From NCBI GenBank assembly GCA_964016885.1, contig OZ024754.1, forward strand, positions 4,464,001 to 4,528,000: a DNA stretch of 64,000 bases, written 5' to 3'. The position numbers and the translations under genes are program-made. The notes under the pieces are model-generated. The model did no database searches. It worked only from the letters and a program-made list of their open reading frames with translations, and had not been told where the DNA came from. Of this stretch, positions 1 to 13,427 are shown one piece after another; the first letter of the stretch is position 1; every line of letters begins with the position of its first letter. The stretch comes from Eledone cirrhosa (Eukaryota).

Positions 1-300
1 TCCGCTTCAGCACAGCATCTCTCAACTTGTCACGGTTCTTCGTTGTCATCTCCTCTGTGAGCTTCAAAGGTCTGAGGTCAGGTCTCACTAACTCTGCCCA
101 TGTTTTCCGTGCTCTTCCTCTAATGCGTTTTCCTTCCACTGGGATTACCTGGCACTTCTTCACTTTGCGGTCATCATCCATGCGTATCACTGACCCTACC
201 AACGAAGTCTTCTCACCTACACATTACAGTTTACAATACATCTACTATTACCTAATTACATTCTATCCAGATTCTCGCCCATTTAACGATGTATATCTTC
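1..300 (-). mobile_element. RTE-clade LINE 3' end fragment (decayed)
   Basis: Minus strand reads RLRW*G/VIRMDDDRKVKKCQVIPVEGKRIRGRARKTWAELVRPDL, matching the RTE ORF2 C-terminal pattern RLRWxGHVxRM..GxRxRGRPRKTW. Confidence 0.75.
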
Positions 301-325
301 AATTAATATCATACTGCCTCAACTT

Positions 326-660
326 ATCATCATCATCATGTTACGTCCGCTTTGCCCTGCTTGCAAGGCTGGGACGGGTCCTCTTCAGCACAGCATCTCT
401 CCACTCATCACGGTCCTTAATTGTCCTCTCCCCCGTGAGCTTAAGCGATCTGCGGTCAGCTCTCACAACCTCTGCCCATGTTTTCCGTAGTCTTCCTCAA
501 ATGCGTTTTTCTGACGCTTCTTCACTCAGCGGTCATCATCCATGCATATCACTGGCCCTACCAACGAAGTCTTCTCTCATACACATTACAATTTACAATA
601 CATCTACGGTTATCTCATCACATCCTATCCAGATTCTCGCCCATTTAACAATATATATAT
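326..660 (-). mobile_element. Second RTE LINE 3' end copy with (GAT)n tail, in tandem with the 1-300 copy
   Basis: Starts with (CAT)n tail; aligns with 1-300 (cagcacagcatctctc...ccatgttttccgt...ctaccaacgaagtcttctc...tatccagattctcgcccatttaac). Confidence 0.7.
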
Positions 661-1086
661 ATCTTCAACTTGTCGGTTTTCACACATTAAATTTAGTTGG
701 ATAAGATATCAAAGAAGAAACGTGTATTATATAAAGTATTGCATCTCTCTCTCACTATATATATACACATATATATATGTGTATGTGTGTATATATATTC
801 CAGTATACTCACGTATTGACTACTTCAATTTATCAGCCAATAAATCTTTCTCCCTCAGTGTGTGCGTGTGCGTGTGCGTGTGTGTATGTGTGTGTGTGTG
901 CATGTCTCTATGTGTAAATCTGTTCACTGAACCAAACATAACTATTCACACTTGTATGTTTACGTATTAGTAATAATCCAGTAATTTTATGTACCATTGA
1001 TACGAGTACATATACGCTGTGCCCATGAGTGTTGGAATAGCTAGAAACCTGAAGCATACATACAGACACTCATCAGCCTCTCTACC

Positions 1087-1290
1087 TGTATATATATATA
1101 TGTGTGTGTGTGTGTATGTATATGTGTATGTATATGTATGTATATATATATATATGTATGTGTATGTATGTATGTATATGTATGCATATGTGTATGTATA
1201 TGTATGTATGTATATGTATGTATATATATATATATGTATGTATATGTATGTATGTATATGTATATATATATATATGTATGTATATGTATG

Positions 1291-1346
<56 letters not shown>

Positions 1347-1368
1347 TTTCTAACTCAATATATGCCTT

Positions 1369-1440
<72 letters not shown>

Positions 1441-1642
1441 TTATAAATATATATATATATATGTGTGTATAAAATAGATATAGATATATATTTATATATA
1501 TATCTATGTATATATATATGTGTGTGTGTGTATATATATATAGATATAGATACATATTTATATATATATATCTACATATATATATATATAGATGCATATA
1601 TATATATATATATCTACATATATATATAGATGCATATATATC

Positions 1643-1732
<90 letters not shown>
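1087..1732. repeat. (TA)n/(TG)n/TATG microsatellite field (representative of dozens in the window)
   Basis: Direct inspection; gives rise to the spurious YIYI/VCVC ORFs. Confidence 0.95.
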
Positions 1733-2069
1733 AGTATAAAGTGAGAAAGAGAGAGGCGTACAGAAAGAAGTGACTGTATGCTTAAGTATTCAAGCATATG
1801 ACCACGCATGCGTACACGTACTTATCAATGATACCTCATATCTATATATTTATGCATTTATATACAGTACTCAAAACTGTGTGTGGGCGTGCGTGTATAT
1901 ACATGTATATATATATTTATAAATATTACGTATATGCACGCATACACACTCACATACAAACGTGGACACATACACACACACAAACGTGGACACACACACT
2001 TACACACAAATGTAGACATATACATACACACACAAACATGGACACATACACACTCACACACAAATGTAG

Positions 2070-2100
<31 letters not shown>

Positions 2101-2317
2101 AACATAAAAGTGTATGTGTGTGTGTGTGTAATATTCGGCCGCATATATTAATCCTGCTGTGATCCCAATACTTTTCATCCTAAGGGAGAAACGGACCCAG
2201 CAAAATTCTTTTGCCATTCCCCAGAAACATGTTTTTTTCTTCTATATTCTTTTAATTTTTGTAATTGTTTTGTTTTTTGTTTGTTTTTTATCATTTTCTT
2301 TTTAAATTCAATGTGGA

Positions 2318-2719
2318 TAGGAGAGAAAAGGAGAGAAAGTTAGAGGTAAAAGACAGGGAAATTAGAAGAAAAAGAGAGGGAAAAGAGAGGGAAAAGAGGA
2401 GAAAAGAGAGGGAGAGAAATGAGAGAGGGAAAAGAGAGAGAGAAAAGAGAGAGAGAAAAGAGAGAAAAGAGAGAGAAAATAGAGAGAGAAAAGAGAGAGA
2501 GAAAAGAGAGAGAGAAAAGAGAGAGAGAAACGAGAGAGGAAAAAGAGAGAGGGATAAAAGAGGAGGATAAGGGAGGGATAAAAGAGGAGGATAAGGGAGG
2601 CAAAAGAGAGGGAAAAGAGAGGGAAAATGAGAGGGGAAAAGAGAGGGAAAATGAGAGGGGAAATGAGAGGGGAAACGAGAGGGAAAATGAGAGGGGAAAA
2701 GAGAGGGGAAAATATAGAG

Positions 2720-2763
<44 letters not shown>

Positions 2764-3010
2764 CGAGAGAGAGATGAGAGAGAGAAAAGAGAGAGAAGAG
2801 AGAGAAGAGAGAGAGAGAGAGAGAAAATAGAGAGAGAAGAGAGAGAGAAGAGAGAGAAAAGAGAGAGAGAAGAGAGAGAGAAGAGAGAGAAAAGAGAGAG
2901 AGAAGAGAGAGAGTGAAGAGAGAGAAGAGAGTGAAGAGAGAGAAAAGAGTGGGGAAAAAGAGTGGGGAAAAAGAGTGGGGAAAAAGAGTGGGGAAAAAGA
3001 GTGGGGAAAT
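2318..3010. repeat. ~700 bp polypurine GA-rich tract
   Basis: Almost pure G/A on the + strand, with gagagaaaa, gagggaaaat and gtggggaaaaaga subrepeats. Confidence 0.9.
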
Positions 3011-3368
3011 ATAATATAAAGAGTGGGTAATCATGGAAGGATGATGCGGCTTAACAATTTTCTTTGTATTCCATAATTTTTCCTTTCGTTTTTCTGGGTT
3101 TTTTTGTGGTTATGTTGTAAAATGTTAGTGATGAGGTGGACGCCATTTTTTTTTTATACGGTTTTTTTTTTCTCTCTCTGTTTCTCTTTCGTTGTTTTAT
3201 TGTAGCAATTCTCTTGGTATCTTGATTGCTAAGCTAAGCGTAAGGCCCACAGGGACAGTGATATGTATTGTGGCGTTAGCAGCGTAAAAATGGTATGATT
3301 CGGTCTGATGTAGAACAGTTTAGGGAGGCCATGAGGAATAAAAGAGATGGCGTAGCGTTGGGTTAAAC

Positions 3369-3422
<54 letters not shown>

Positions 3423-3425
3423 AGC

Positions 3426-3456
<31 letters not shown>

Positions 3457-3568
3457 AACATATATATATATTAGTATCACTTAAAGCTTGACTATTAACT
3501 TAATATGTATATATGCGTATATGCTTGTATTCATATTGTCAATATGTATGTATACATACATATGCGTG

Positions 3569-3696
<128 letters not shown>

Positions 3697-3713
3697 TCTT
3701 TTTTTGTATGCAT

Positions 3714-3756
<43 letters not shown>

Positions 3757-4311
3757 ATTTTATATACATACATACATACATGCAACTATATATTTATGTA
3801 TGCATGCATATATAAATATATATATATATATATATTTGTGTTGTGTGTGTGTGTGTGTCTGTATGCTTATATTTGAGTATGTGTATACTTTTATGTATGT
3901 ATGCATATACATATATAGATCTATTCATACATGTATATGTGTGTGTTTATAATTGAGGGTTTATCTTTGAAAATATCTGTGTGATCTGGTGTGATCCATT
4001 CACGATGTTGTTTAAAGTAATAAATATTTCTGGGCCTTGTTTGTAGAGCATGTAGACCCACTCGTGTTTTAGAAGAGTGTATATGTGTTGAAGAGTGGAC
4101 CTGTGTATGTAACAGTATGTATACTACCATCTACAACGGTCTTTGTGTGTGTATGTACACCCTTTTGTTTTTTTTTCGTATATCAGTGTTGTTGTCTATG
4201 TGATATATAAATTTATATAATTATAGGTTTGCGTAGTCATGTATGCTAGGTTATTCATATATGTATATGGATATTTTGACATGTGAATGTTTATATGTAT
4301 GTGTGTTTGTT

Positions 4312-4426
<115 letters not shown>

Positions 4427-4600
4427 GAGAGGGGGAGGGAGGAGGCGAGGTTCCAGTATAGCCTTGACCGAGATGGCTAAATCTCAAGATCTATAAAACA
4501 CATACAACGAACAAGTACACACAATGAAATGTGTGTGTGTGTGTGTATGCTTGAGTGGGTCTATACTTATACATTTTACGCATGTCATCTCTCTCTCTTT

Positions 4601-4645
<45 letters not shown>

Positions 4646-5049
4646 GTGTATGCGTATATGTGTATATCAATACATATTTGTGTGTATGTTTGAATAAGCA
4701 TATAAGCAGATTTAAGTTGTGCTGTGATCTTAGGACTTTCGAAGGGTAAAAAAAACAAACAAAAAAAAAACTAAAAAAACATAGGTCAAATCTAAAACAA
4801 AACCAATCCCAATTATACTGCAGTAGTTGCTATTAGTGGAATGGTCCAGCCCTAACCCTAGTACCGCCTGGAAAAATAATTGCCTCTATTAACTTCTAAT
4901 TAACAAACTATTAGATCTACGATAGCTAATAGGTTTTTGGCGTCTATTTTTGATTTTTTTTTTTGTGCTTACTTTATTTTTTCGGGGAACTTTTTTCATT
5001 GTATATCTGAAGAGTATTTGATATTGTTCTTTGGAATTTTCATTATTTT

Positions 5050-5229
5050 CAGTATCGGTAGAGGGTTGGACGCCATGCTTTGACACATAGTGTTACGGCC
5101 CTTGCCATTCTGAGTTCAAATCCCGCCGAGGTTAACTTTGCCTTTCATCTTTACGGGATCGATAAAATAAAGTACCAGTAATTCACTGAATTAATTGCTG
5201 GCCTTGTGCCAAAAGTAGAAACAATTATT
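5050..5229 (+). mobile_element. tRNA-derived SINE family A (5'-truncated)
   Basis: B box gagttcaaatccc; body gttaactttgcctttcatc...gataaaataaagtaccagt; 3' end ggccttgtgccaaaagtagaaacaattatt shared with >15 copies. Confidence 0.85.
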
Positions 5230-5267
5230 ATATTTATTTATCGGTTCATTATTTTATTTATTTAAGA

Positions 5268-5458
5268 GCGGTGGATTGGCAGTATCGGTAGAGGGTCGGA
5301 CGCCATGCTTTGGAGCATAGAGTTATGGCCCTTTATGATCTGAGTTCAAATCCCGTCGAGGTTAACTTTGCCTTTCATCCTTACGAGGTCGATAAAATAA
5401 AGTGCCAGTAATTCACTGGGATAATTGCTGGCCTTGTGCCAAAAGTAGAAACAATTAT
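5268..5458 (+). mobile_element. tRNA-derived SINE family A (full length)
   Basis: A-box-like tggcagtatcggt, B box gagttcaaatccc, conserved body and ATT tail. Confidence 0.9.
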
Positions 5459-5629
5459 TTTATTTATTTATCTATCTATCTATCTATTTCTGCAAGGAAC
5501 ATTTAGTTGGTACTTTATGGCACGCTTGAATAAATTCTTATCAGACCATCCCTTACTAATGTAACATCAATCCTGGTTGAAAAAAAAAATACCGTTTTCC
5601 TTCTCTCACCCGCCCTTCTCAGATACCAA

Positions 5630-5833
5630 GGTGCTCGTTGCCGAAATCGTTAGACAGTTGGGCAAAATGCATTGCGGTAGTTGTTCCAGCTTTGTCTTAC
5701 GTTCTGACTTGGTCGAAAACTTGGCATCGTCAATTTTGTTTCTTTTCTTCTCTGGTCGATAAATAAAGTATCAATCAAGTACTGGTTTCGATACAATCAA
5801 ATTTCCGACTTTGTACGTATCTAAGAAATTATT
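5630..5833 (+). mobile_element. Old diverged SINE related to family A
   Basis: Degenerate head, ttacgttctga and ggtcgataaataaagta motifs. Confidence 0.55.
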
Positions 5834-5934
5834 TTCTCATTGTGTCGTCACTGCATTAATGTACATTGAGCATATATAGTGTGGTTTTCGGTGGTGTAGA
5901 AAACCAGGTACGAAATCTGCTAAGAGGGTTTGGT

Positions 5935-7152
5935 GTAATTTGAGGAAGATTTAGCTGCTATTTCTAGAGAGTCAAGCGAGCACATAACAGTCTTGTCTTT
6001 TCCCTAATGTCGTAAACACCAGCAGTGTGGAGTGTACGAGTGTGTGTGCATTTATGTATGAGATTGTGCATGAGTGTATGTGTTTATGTTTGTGTTTGAA
6101 TGTGCGTGAGTGCACACGCAAATGTTTATATGTGTGATGGATCTGTCTGTATGTGTGCGTGTTTGTGCATGAGTATGCATGTGCATGTTTATGTGTTAGT
6201 GTGTGCAAGCGTGCGTTTAAGTGTGCGTGTGGCTGTATATAGACATGTGTGTATACATATATATATATATATACATACATATATATATATGTACGAGCGT
6301 ACATGTGCTTGCATCTGATTTGTGTGTGTGTGTATGAGTGTGTGTGCGTATACATGTGTATATCTGCGCGCGTGTATGTATGTGTGTGAGCGTCAGTGTA
6401 TGTATGTGTCTGCGTGTGTGTTGGGTGTGTGTGTGCTGGTCAATGAACGGCAAAGGTCAGTAAATTACGACCAAGATCGTATCTGTCCAGCTGTACTTTG
6501 GACATACAATAAATGGCTTCATTGATTTTTCACATCACCATTGTCCCAGTTCAAATGGGTTTATGATGAAAGGCATTCCAACCGTGACCATCACACCCTT
6601 TCCCTATGTGTAGGGAACCGAGAACCGAGATCCACATTCTACAACATGGTATTTTATTTTAAGGCGGTTTACTATCATTTGAGGGGGATTTAACTGTTGT
6701 TTCTAGCACTTCGAGTAACTACAGAAACGCCTTTGTCTGATCTAATATTGGTAACACTCGTAGTATGTGCTTGTTTGTATGTGTTTAGATGTGTGTGTGA
6801 AGATGTATGTGTGTGTGTGTGCTTGTTTATGAATGTGTATCTAACCGTGTATGCGTGTTTATGAATGTGTATGTGTCCGTATGTGTGTGTTTGTTTCTGC
6901 ATGTTTTAGTTGTGTATTTCTGTGTGTATGTGTTTCTGCATACATATATTTGTGTTTGTGTGTGTGTGTGCATGTATGTGACTGTGAGAGCATGTGAGCT
7001 CATGTGCTTGTATGTGTATGTATGCATGTATGTATGCGTTGGTCAGTCAATAAACGGCAATGGTCAGTAAATTATAGCCAAGATCTTATCAGTCCAGCTG
7101 TACTTAGGACACGCAATAAATGGCTTCGTTGATTTTTTCACTTCATCATTGC
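5935..7152. repeat. Old tandem duplication (5935-6545 / 6675-7152) containing a dispersed repeat
   Basis: ~100 bp ggtcagtaaatta...caataaatggcttc...ttttttcac at 6453 and 7062; atttgagg..gattt..ctg...tttctag at 5938 and 6677, inverted at ~33258. Confidence 0.6.
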
Positions 7153-7643
7153 ACTTCATTAAGTTCCACACAATTAGACAACACTAAACCCCACCTTCAT
7201 CCTTATCATCATCATCACAGTCATCATAGAAGCTTGACCTCTCATCCTCGTACCCTCCCCTTCACCACCTCTTCCAACCTATCCTTTTCCTCTTCTTTCC
7301 TCTATTTTCCTCTTATTTCACTTCTCTGTCTATTTGCTATTTTTTCCTGCTCTAATTTTTTTCTTTCTTTTCGTCTTTATTTCTTTCCTTCTTTAAACTT
7401 CACCGCATTTCTTTCCTCTACGTTTATTTTTATTCTCTTCTTCCTCTTTTCCTCTATTTCATTCTTTTTTCTTTATCTTCATCTATCCTATTTATTTCTC
7501 GTTCTTTATCGCTTGTTTTCTTTCTTTCCTTCAATCCAAGTGATAACTGGTTCAATCCTAATACCCGTTATCTTAGGCAAGTGTCTTCTACTACAGTCTC
7601 CTATTGACCACTGCCTCCTTGTGTGTGGAATTTGATTGACAAA

Positions 7644-7681
<38 letters not shown>

Positions 7682-7683
<2 letters not shown>

Positions 7684-7887
7684 CAAAGAAGGTGTGGTAA
7701 GATTCCAGGAGGACCATAACGCACCAGAGTACTCGATACTTAAGAGGGTAGTAGAGTGGGTAATAGGAAAAGAGTCAGGACCCCGACGGCTGGATTCCGG
7801 CCGTTTCGACAACTAGATCCAAACTGTTCGGATCTAGCTGTCGAAATGGTCGGAGCCCAGCCATCGGGGTCCTCACTCTTTTCCTAT
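7682..7887. mobile_element. Foldback element (Penelope-like pLTR-type); inverted repeat 7763-7887 with HHR 3' half
   Basis: ataggaaaagagtcaggaccccgacggctg...cagccatcggggtcctcactcttttcctat inverted arms; gtcGAAAtgGTC motif; (TA)n on both sides; relatives at 47653, 49733, 62070, 63189. Confidence 0.65.
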
Positions 7888-7919
7888 ATATATATATATA
7901 TATAAAAATAACAGATTAA

Positions 7920-7970
7920 AGTTTAAGCAAAGAATCGCTGCTTTCACCCTTAACGGGATCTTCTGGAACT
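7920..7970 (-). ncRNA. Degenerate type-I hammerhead ribozyme motif
   Basis: Minus strand: agttc-CAGAAGA-tcccgttaagggt-GAAA-gca..tgc-TT-aaact; stems II and III intact, U4>A change, one stem I mismatch. Confidence 0.5.
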
Positions 7971-8042
7971 CATATATTTGATATATATTTATCTTTGGAT
8001 TTTAGTCTTCAAATTTATTATTATTACTATATATATATATAT

Positions 8043-8109
<67 letters not shown>

Positions 8110-8111
<2 letters not shown>

Positions 8112-8256
8112 CCGGGTTCAATCGTGGGAAAGCGCAATCGATCGCGGGTAACTACAGTAGGTAAGGTACTCAATACATTAGTAGAGTGTAAACATCATGT
8201 TTAAAATAGAAATGGCTTCTACGAAACAAGCACTGTTCATTCAAAAGAAATCATAC
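8110..8256 (-). mobile_element. Dispersed HHR-associated repeat (family shared with 15917 and 28570)
   Basis: aggtactcaatacatt.gtagag...atagaaatggcttctac shared among three copies. Confidence 0.55.
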
Positions 8257-8277
8257 CTATATGAGTGGGTGTGTATA

Positions 8278-8390
8278 CAGGGTGACCCAAAAGTCACTAG
8301 ACAATTTTAAAATATAACTTTACAACTATTTTTTGATAAAACAAAAAAGGGCCATTCTGAAATGGTTTAGTGATTTTTAGGCCACATTAC
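8278..8390. mobile_element. Tc1/mariner-type MITE
   Basis: TA-cagggtgacccaaaagtcactagac ... gtttagtgatttttaggccaca imperfect TIRs. Confidence 0.55.
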
Positions 8391-8578
8391 ATATATATAG
8401 AGAGAGGGGATAGATGCATGACAGACAGATCTGATCTGACTATCAGCCACTTCCATCAGGATGAATGCCCCACCGCTTTTCTTTGGCTCAAAAGCTCTGA
8501 TAATTCTGACATCCCCCTTGGCTATTTAGAAAAGCGTTGTTTCTGATGTAGATATAATAAAGGAATGAAAGGACTTAC

Positions 8579-8789
8579 CTCCTCAGACGAGCCATCACAA
8601 TTTTCTTAAACTTTAACTTGGAGAGTAAGATGACGGTAGAAAGTGAGAAACACAGTCCTCCAGTAAGTTTGTAAAAAGATCGCTAGGAGTGGCAAGCATA
8701 TTGTACAACCGTATGATATAGACAGGACAATGTAGAATCCGTAGTATCCCTTAATTGGTCCTAGGTAACGGGTCTCATCTCTGGGGTTT
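8579..8789 (-). other. Candidate host exon (unverified)
   Basis: Acceptor ctctttacag and consensus donor ag|gtaagt; only one frame is long (NPRDETRYLGPIKGYYGFYIVLSISYGCTICLPLLAIFLQTYWR...) and it stops before the donor. Confidence 0.2.
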
Positions 8790-9104
8790 CTGTAAAGAGT
8801 TAAAGAAATCATCATAATTTTAATAACAATTTCTCTACTGGCCACTTGGACTGAAAAATAATAACAGCAACAAACATTACTCTATTACTTGTTCCAGCCG
8901 ATAGGCCGAGGCCATGCTGGGGAACTGCCATTATGATTATCATTGATGATGATGATATGCCGCAAACATGTCCGATGATCTATTGGCACTGCCAATCCAA
9001 CACCCTAAGATGTGGTTGATATGAACAAGAGGACGATGTAGATTTTATTGTGATTGACAATGTTTCTGTTGGTTACTCTGGAGATGGTAGAGAAAGTTCA
9101 TAAT

Positions 9105-9231
9105 AATGATTGTTTTTGCCATTGGCACAAGGCCAGCAATTACCCCAGTCCATTACTGGTACTTTATTTTATCGATCCCGTAAGGATGAAAGGCAAAGTT
9201 AACCTCGGCAGGATTTGAACTAAGATCATAA
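9105..9231 (-). mobile_element. SINE family A (5'-truncated)
   Basis: Reverse complement of family A body and tail. Confidence 0.85.
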
Positions 9232-10130
9232 TAATGATGCTGATTGTTGACGGTTATTGGTGATGTTGGTAAAGATGCTCGTGATAAATATGTGATGGTG
9301 GGGAAAGTGATGATAATGAAGTTAATGTTGTCATAGAGGATGATGATGATGATGATAGTGACCGTCGCTGTGATGACAATAATGAAGACGACGATAATAA
9401 CGATGATGATGTAAATGATATTGATGGTGATGATAGTGATGGTGAAGAGGAGGGTGAAGAGGTGGTGATGAAAATGATGATGATGACGACGGCGCTATTT
9501 TCCGAGTTAAAAAGCGCAGCAAACAACATAATTTGCTGGTCTTTGGATTAGATCTATGATTGCTTTATTGTGGACTTGGGATTCTTAATCAAATCTCTTC
9601 CAAACAGTCTCACCTCTCGTCCGAACGGTCTCACTAAACGTGCTTTAGATCACTGACCTAGCAGGTCAGTCAGTCGGACTTCTCGCTTTGTAGCAGTGGT
9701 GGTGGTTATATTAGTAGTAGTAGTAGTAGTAGTAGTAATAGTCCAGTCCAGATTGGAAGGATATGGTTCGTTTGGTGGTCATTATTTTTAGTTATTTATT
9801 TATTTTGTTTGATATTTCCCTTAATCGATACCAATCAAATAGTGCAGTAAATCACATGATTTGACCTCAGTCTATGACAAGCATTTGATCTAAATCAAGC
9901 CAGCTGTAACTTCCTCCACTTTGGTTTTATTTGTATTAGTGTTAGTGAGTGTGAATGTGTATGACATGGCAATAGCAATGCCAGGCTGGGAACTCTTATC
10001 TTCACTGCATCAATTATGTACTTTTTAATATCACGTCTAGCATCACAAGGAAGCCAGTGGTCAGTAACTTCATTGTAATTAATTGTAATGTCTTTGCGTC
10101 ACTGTTTCCAAGCATGTATGATGTGATAGA

Positions 10131-10149
<19 letters not shown>

Positions 10150-10176
<27 letters not shown>

Positions 10177-10482
10177 GTATGTATATATGTATGTATGGGT
10201 GGATGGATGCATATATATATATGTGTATGCAGTTAAGTATATATGTATCTATGTATGGATGAGTATATAAATATATGTTTGTGTATGTATGGATGTATTT
10301 GTACACATACATATATATATATATATGTATGTATGTATTTATGTATGGATGGATGCATATATATATGTGTGTGTGGACGCATTTATACATGTGTGTATGC
10401 ATTTAAGTATATATGTATCTATGTATGGATGAGTATATAAATATATGTTTGTGTATGTATGAATGTATTTGTACACATACAC

Positions 10483-10520
<38 letters not shown>

Positions 10521-10648
10521 GGGTGGATGGATGCATATATATATGTGTGTGTGGACGCATTTATACATGTGTGTATGCATTTAAGTATATATGTATCTAT
10601 GTATGGATGAGTATATAAATATATGTTTGTGTGTATGAATGTATTTGT

Positions 10649-10695
<47 letters not shown>

Positions 10696-10847
10696 GATGG
10701 ATGGATGCATATATATATGTGTGTGTGGACGCATTTATACACGTGTGTATGCATTTAAGTATATATGTATCTATGTATGGATGAGTATATAAATATGTTT
10801 GCGTGTGTATGAATGTATTTGTACACATACACATATATATATACATT

Positions 10848-10850
<3 letters not shown>
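10150..10850. repeat. ~170-177 bp tandem repeat x4 built from microsatellite-like sequence
   Basis: ttaagtatatatgtatctatgtatggatgagtatat recurs near 10233, 10403, 10581, 10755. Confidence 0.85.
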
Positions 10851-10878
<28 letters not shown>

Positions 10879-10934
10879 TTGTGTGTTTGTGAGTGTGTTT
10901 GTGTATGAATATATGTACGAATGCTTTTATCTTG

Positions 10935-10990
<56 letters not shown>

Positions 10991-11879
10991 TTTCGTGTTT
11001 CTATATACGATGAGACTAAGTATTTCTGTTCGTTTTTCTGTTCCTAGATAATGATCGATTATTAATCGAATAGCAAAGCTCATTTTGTGAAGTGGACATA
11101 TCTCTGAGGTTAAATTATAAATTGCACTTCTGGAAAAGTCTGTGCACATTTGACGGTCTTATTTTACCCTTGAACTTGGGGTCTGTGAATCAATAAATAG
11201 TTATTCCAATTTCGAGATATCCAAATTTTCTGAGTTCGTTATTTGTTTGTGTTGGCCGCTTGTTAATTTCGCCACTAAATATATGTTGGTAAACTTTTGA
11301 ACTTTTACGCTAGTTGCCGAATTTCAATGTTTGCTGTTCTTTATCCATTAATATTCACTTCCTCATTAATGTTAGATGTGATAGTCGCCTGTGTAACAAG
11401 CAATAAAACACCGAGTTCAGAGTGTTATTACAATAAGTTAGTTTGATAACAAGTCAACTAACTGTGTGTTGTTCTATACAAATATTCGACCTTTTGAAAT
11501 TGACTTCCAAAACATGCTACAAAACTCCCTACTGTGTTTTTTTTTTTTTATAGATTCCCATCTCTTAAATCCTATGTTTTAATAATGTCACTGATCGCTT
11601 GATCCAAATCTTTCTATAGTTTTATATTTGTGTCTGAGTCACACTTGGTTGGTTTGAATGGGCGCTAAACTGTAGTGCGAACTATGCCAATGTTACTCTA
11701 CTCAAGACAATTAAATCTCCCAATTCTAAAGAATATATATTCAAGTAAGCGTGTTGTATAGACAGCTCACTTCTAAAGTCATCAATATCACTGTATAATT
11801 AATTTCCTAAGCTTATAGGACTATGTTCAAAATTTAAAAGTATAATAAAAGCGATAACTATCATGGTTGTATATTTTCT

Positions 11880-12092
11880 CGATCGACTTTCGTCAAATCG
11901 GACCGAGGAAACAATGTTTCCGTTGGTTTTTCCAATTGCTAATAGTATCTATCGGTCACAACTCCGGGTAGAAGGAGCAGCGGGAAATAAAGTGTCTTGC
12001 TCAAGGACATAACGCATCGTCCGGTCCAGAAACTGACAACCTCACAATTGGGAATTCAGTTCTCTAACCAACCAGCCACACGCCTTCACATG
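11880..12092 (-). mobile_element. tRNA-derived SINE family B with CORE-like motif
   Basis: Minus: ggcgtgtggctggttggttag head, gtccttgagcaagacacttt (resembles MIR/CORE gaccttgggcaagtcactt), 3' ggtccgatttgacgaaagtcgatc; other copies at 29585, 36795, 47870, 53250, 63066. Confidence 0.75.
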
Positions 12093-12132
12093 GGTGTATA
12101 TCACATGTTTATACCATCAATATCCACTATAT

Positions 12133-12311
12133 CAGGCATGCCAAACATGCGGCCCGCACAAACGTTTTTTACAGTGCGAGCATGTTTTATCTTCGTAATA
12201 AAAATTAAAAAAATTAGTTGTAATGTACGCAGTTAGTTGTCATGTGTGGCCCTCAGACAACACATATATAACCCCTGTGGCCTGCGGGGGACCCTCAGGT
12301 TCACATGCCTG
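12133..12311. mobile_element. hAT (Charlie-like) MITE, 179 bp
   Basis: TIRs caggcatg..aac / gttcacatgcctg; perfect 8-bp TSD CACTATAT on both sides. Confidence 0.85.
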
Positions 12312-12433
12312 CACTATATGATTAATGTCCTAAGCTCATGGGGCTATCTTCAAATCATAAAAGAATAATGAATGCTACAAGCCACCACGGGTATATATAT
12401 ATCGCATATTTATATGGTGATGCTACTTAGATA

Positions 12434-13257
12434 ACTGTTGTGACTGTGCAGTTCACTGTTGTGACTGTGCAGTTCACTGTTGTGACTGTGCAGTTCACTG
12501 TTGTGACTGTGCAGTTCACTGTTGTGACTGTGCAGTTCACTGTTGTGACTGCGCAGTTCACTGTTGTGACTGTGCAGTTCACTGTTGTGACTGCGCAGTT
12601 CACTGTTGTGACTGCGCAGTTCACTGTTGTGACTGCGCAGTTCACTGTTGTGACTGCGCAGTTCACTGTTGTGACTGCGCAGTTCACTGTTGTGACTGCG
12701 CAGTTCACTGTTGTGACTGCGCAGTTCACTGTTGTGACTGCGCAGTTCACTGTTGTGACTGCGCAGTTCACTGTTGTGACTGCGCAGTTCACTGTTGTGA
12801 CTGCGCAGTTCACTGTTGTGACTGCGCAGTTCACTGTTGTGACTGCGCAGTTCACTGTTGTGACTGCGCAGTTCACTGTTGTGACTGCGCAGTTCACTGT
12901 TGTGACTGCGCAGTTCACTGTTGTGACTGTGCAGTTCACTGTTGTGACTGTGCAGTTCACTGTTGTGACTGTGCAGTTCACTGTTGTGACTGTGCAGTTC
13001 ACTGTTGTGACTGCGCAGTTCACTGTTGTGACTGCGCAGTTCACTGTTGTGACTGCGCAGTTCACTGTTGTGACTGCGCAGTTCACTGTTGTGACTGCGC
13101 AGTTCACTGTTGTGACTGTGCAGTTCACTGTTGTGACTGTGCAGTTCACTGTTGTGACTGTGCAGTTCACTGTTGTGACTGTGCAGTTCACTGTTGTGAC
13201 TGTGCAGTTCACTGTTGTGACTGTGCAGTTCACTGTTGTGACTGTGCAGTTCACTGT
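12434..13257. repeat. 21-bp minisatellite, 39 copies (actgttgtgactgYgcagttc)
   Basis: Exact tandem units with a single C/T variable site. Confidence 0.97.
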
Positions 13258-13427
13258 AAATGTGGATCTCCTGCAGGTTAACCCGTGGCTAATCCATGTT
13301 GTGTGTATATAATTGCAATGGGGGGGGGGTGAAAGTGTACATTTGCTACCCTAAAAAACTAATCCGTGTGTGTGGGTGCACGCACACGCACACACACACA
13401 CGCGCGTATATAGCATATATAATCATA

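Noticed and set aside
27-704. 225-aa + strand ORF
   Set aside because: Antisense of duplicated RTE LINE 3' fragments
1025-1080. CTGATGA on the minus strand with a flanking helix
   Set aside because: No GAAA/NUH half; isolated CTGANGA at ~32073, 36230, 44630, 45764 and 54742 rejected for the same reason
5268-5360. tRNA genes suggested by A/B boxes (here and in other copies)
   Set aside because: No closed cloverleaf; each is followed by a SINE body and tail, some with TSDs
12427-13312. TVNC(T/A)VT repeat protein (antifreeze-like appearance)
   Set aside because: No synonymous variation among 39 units, open on both strands, no flanking coding context
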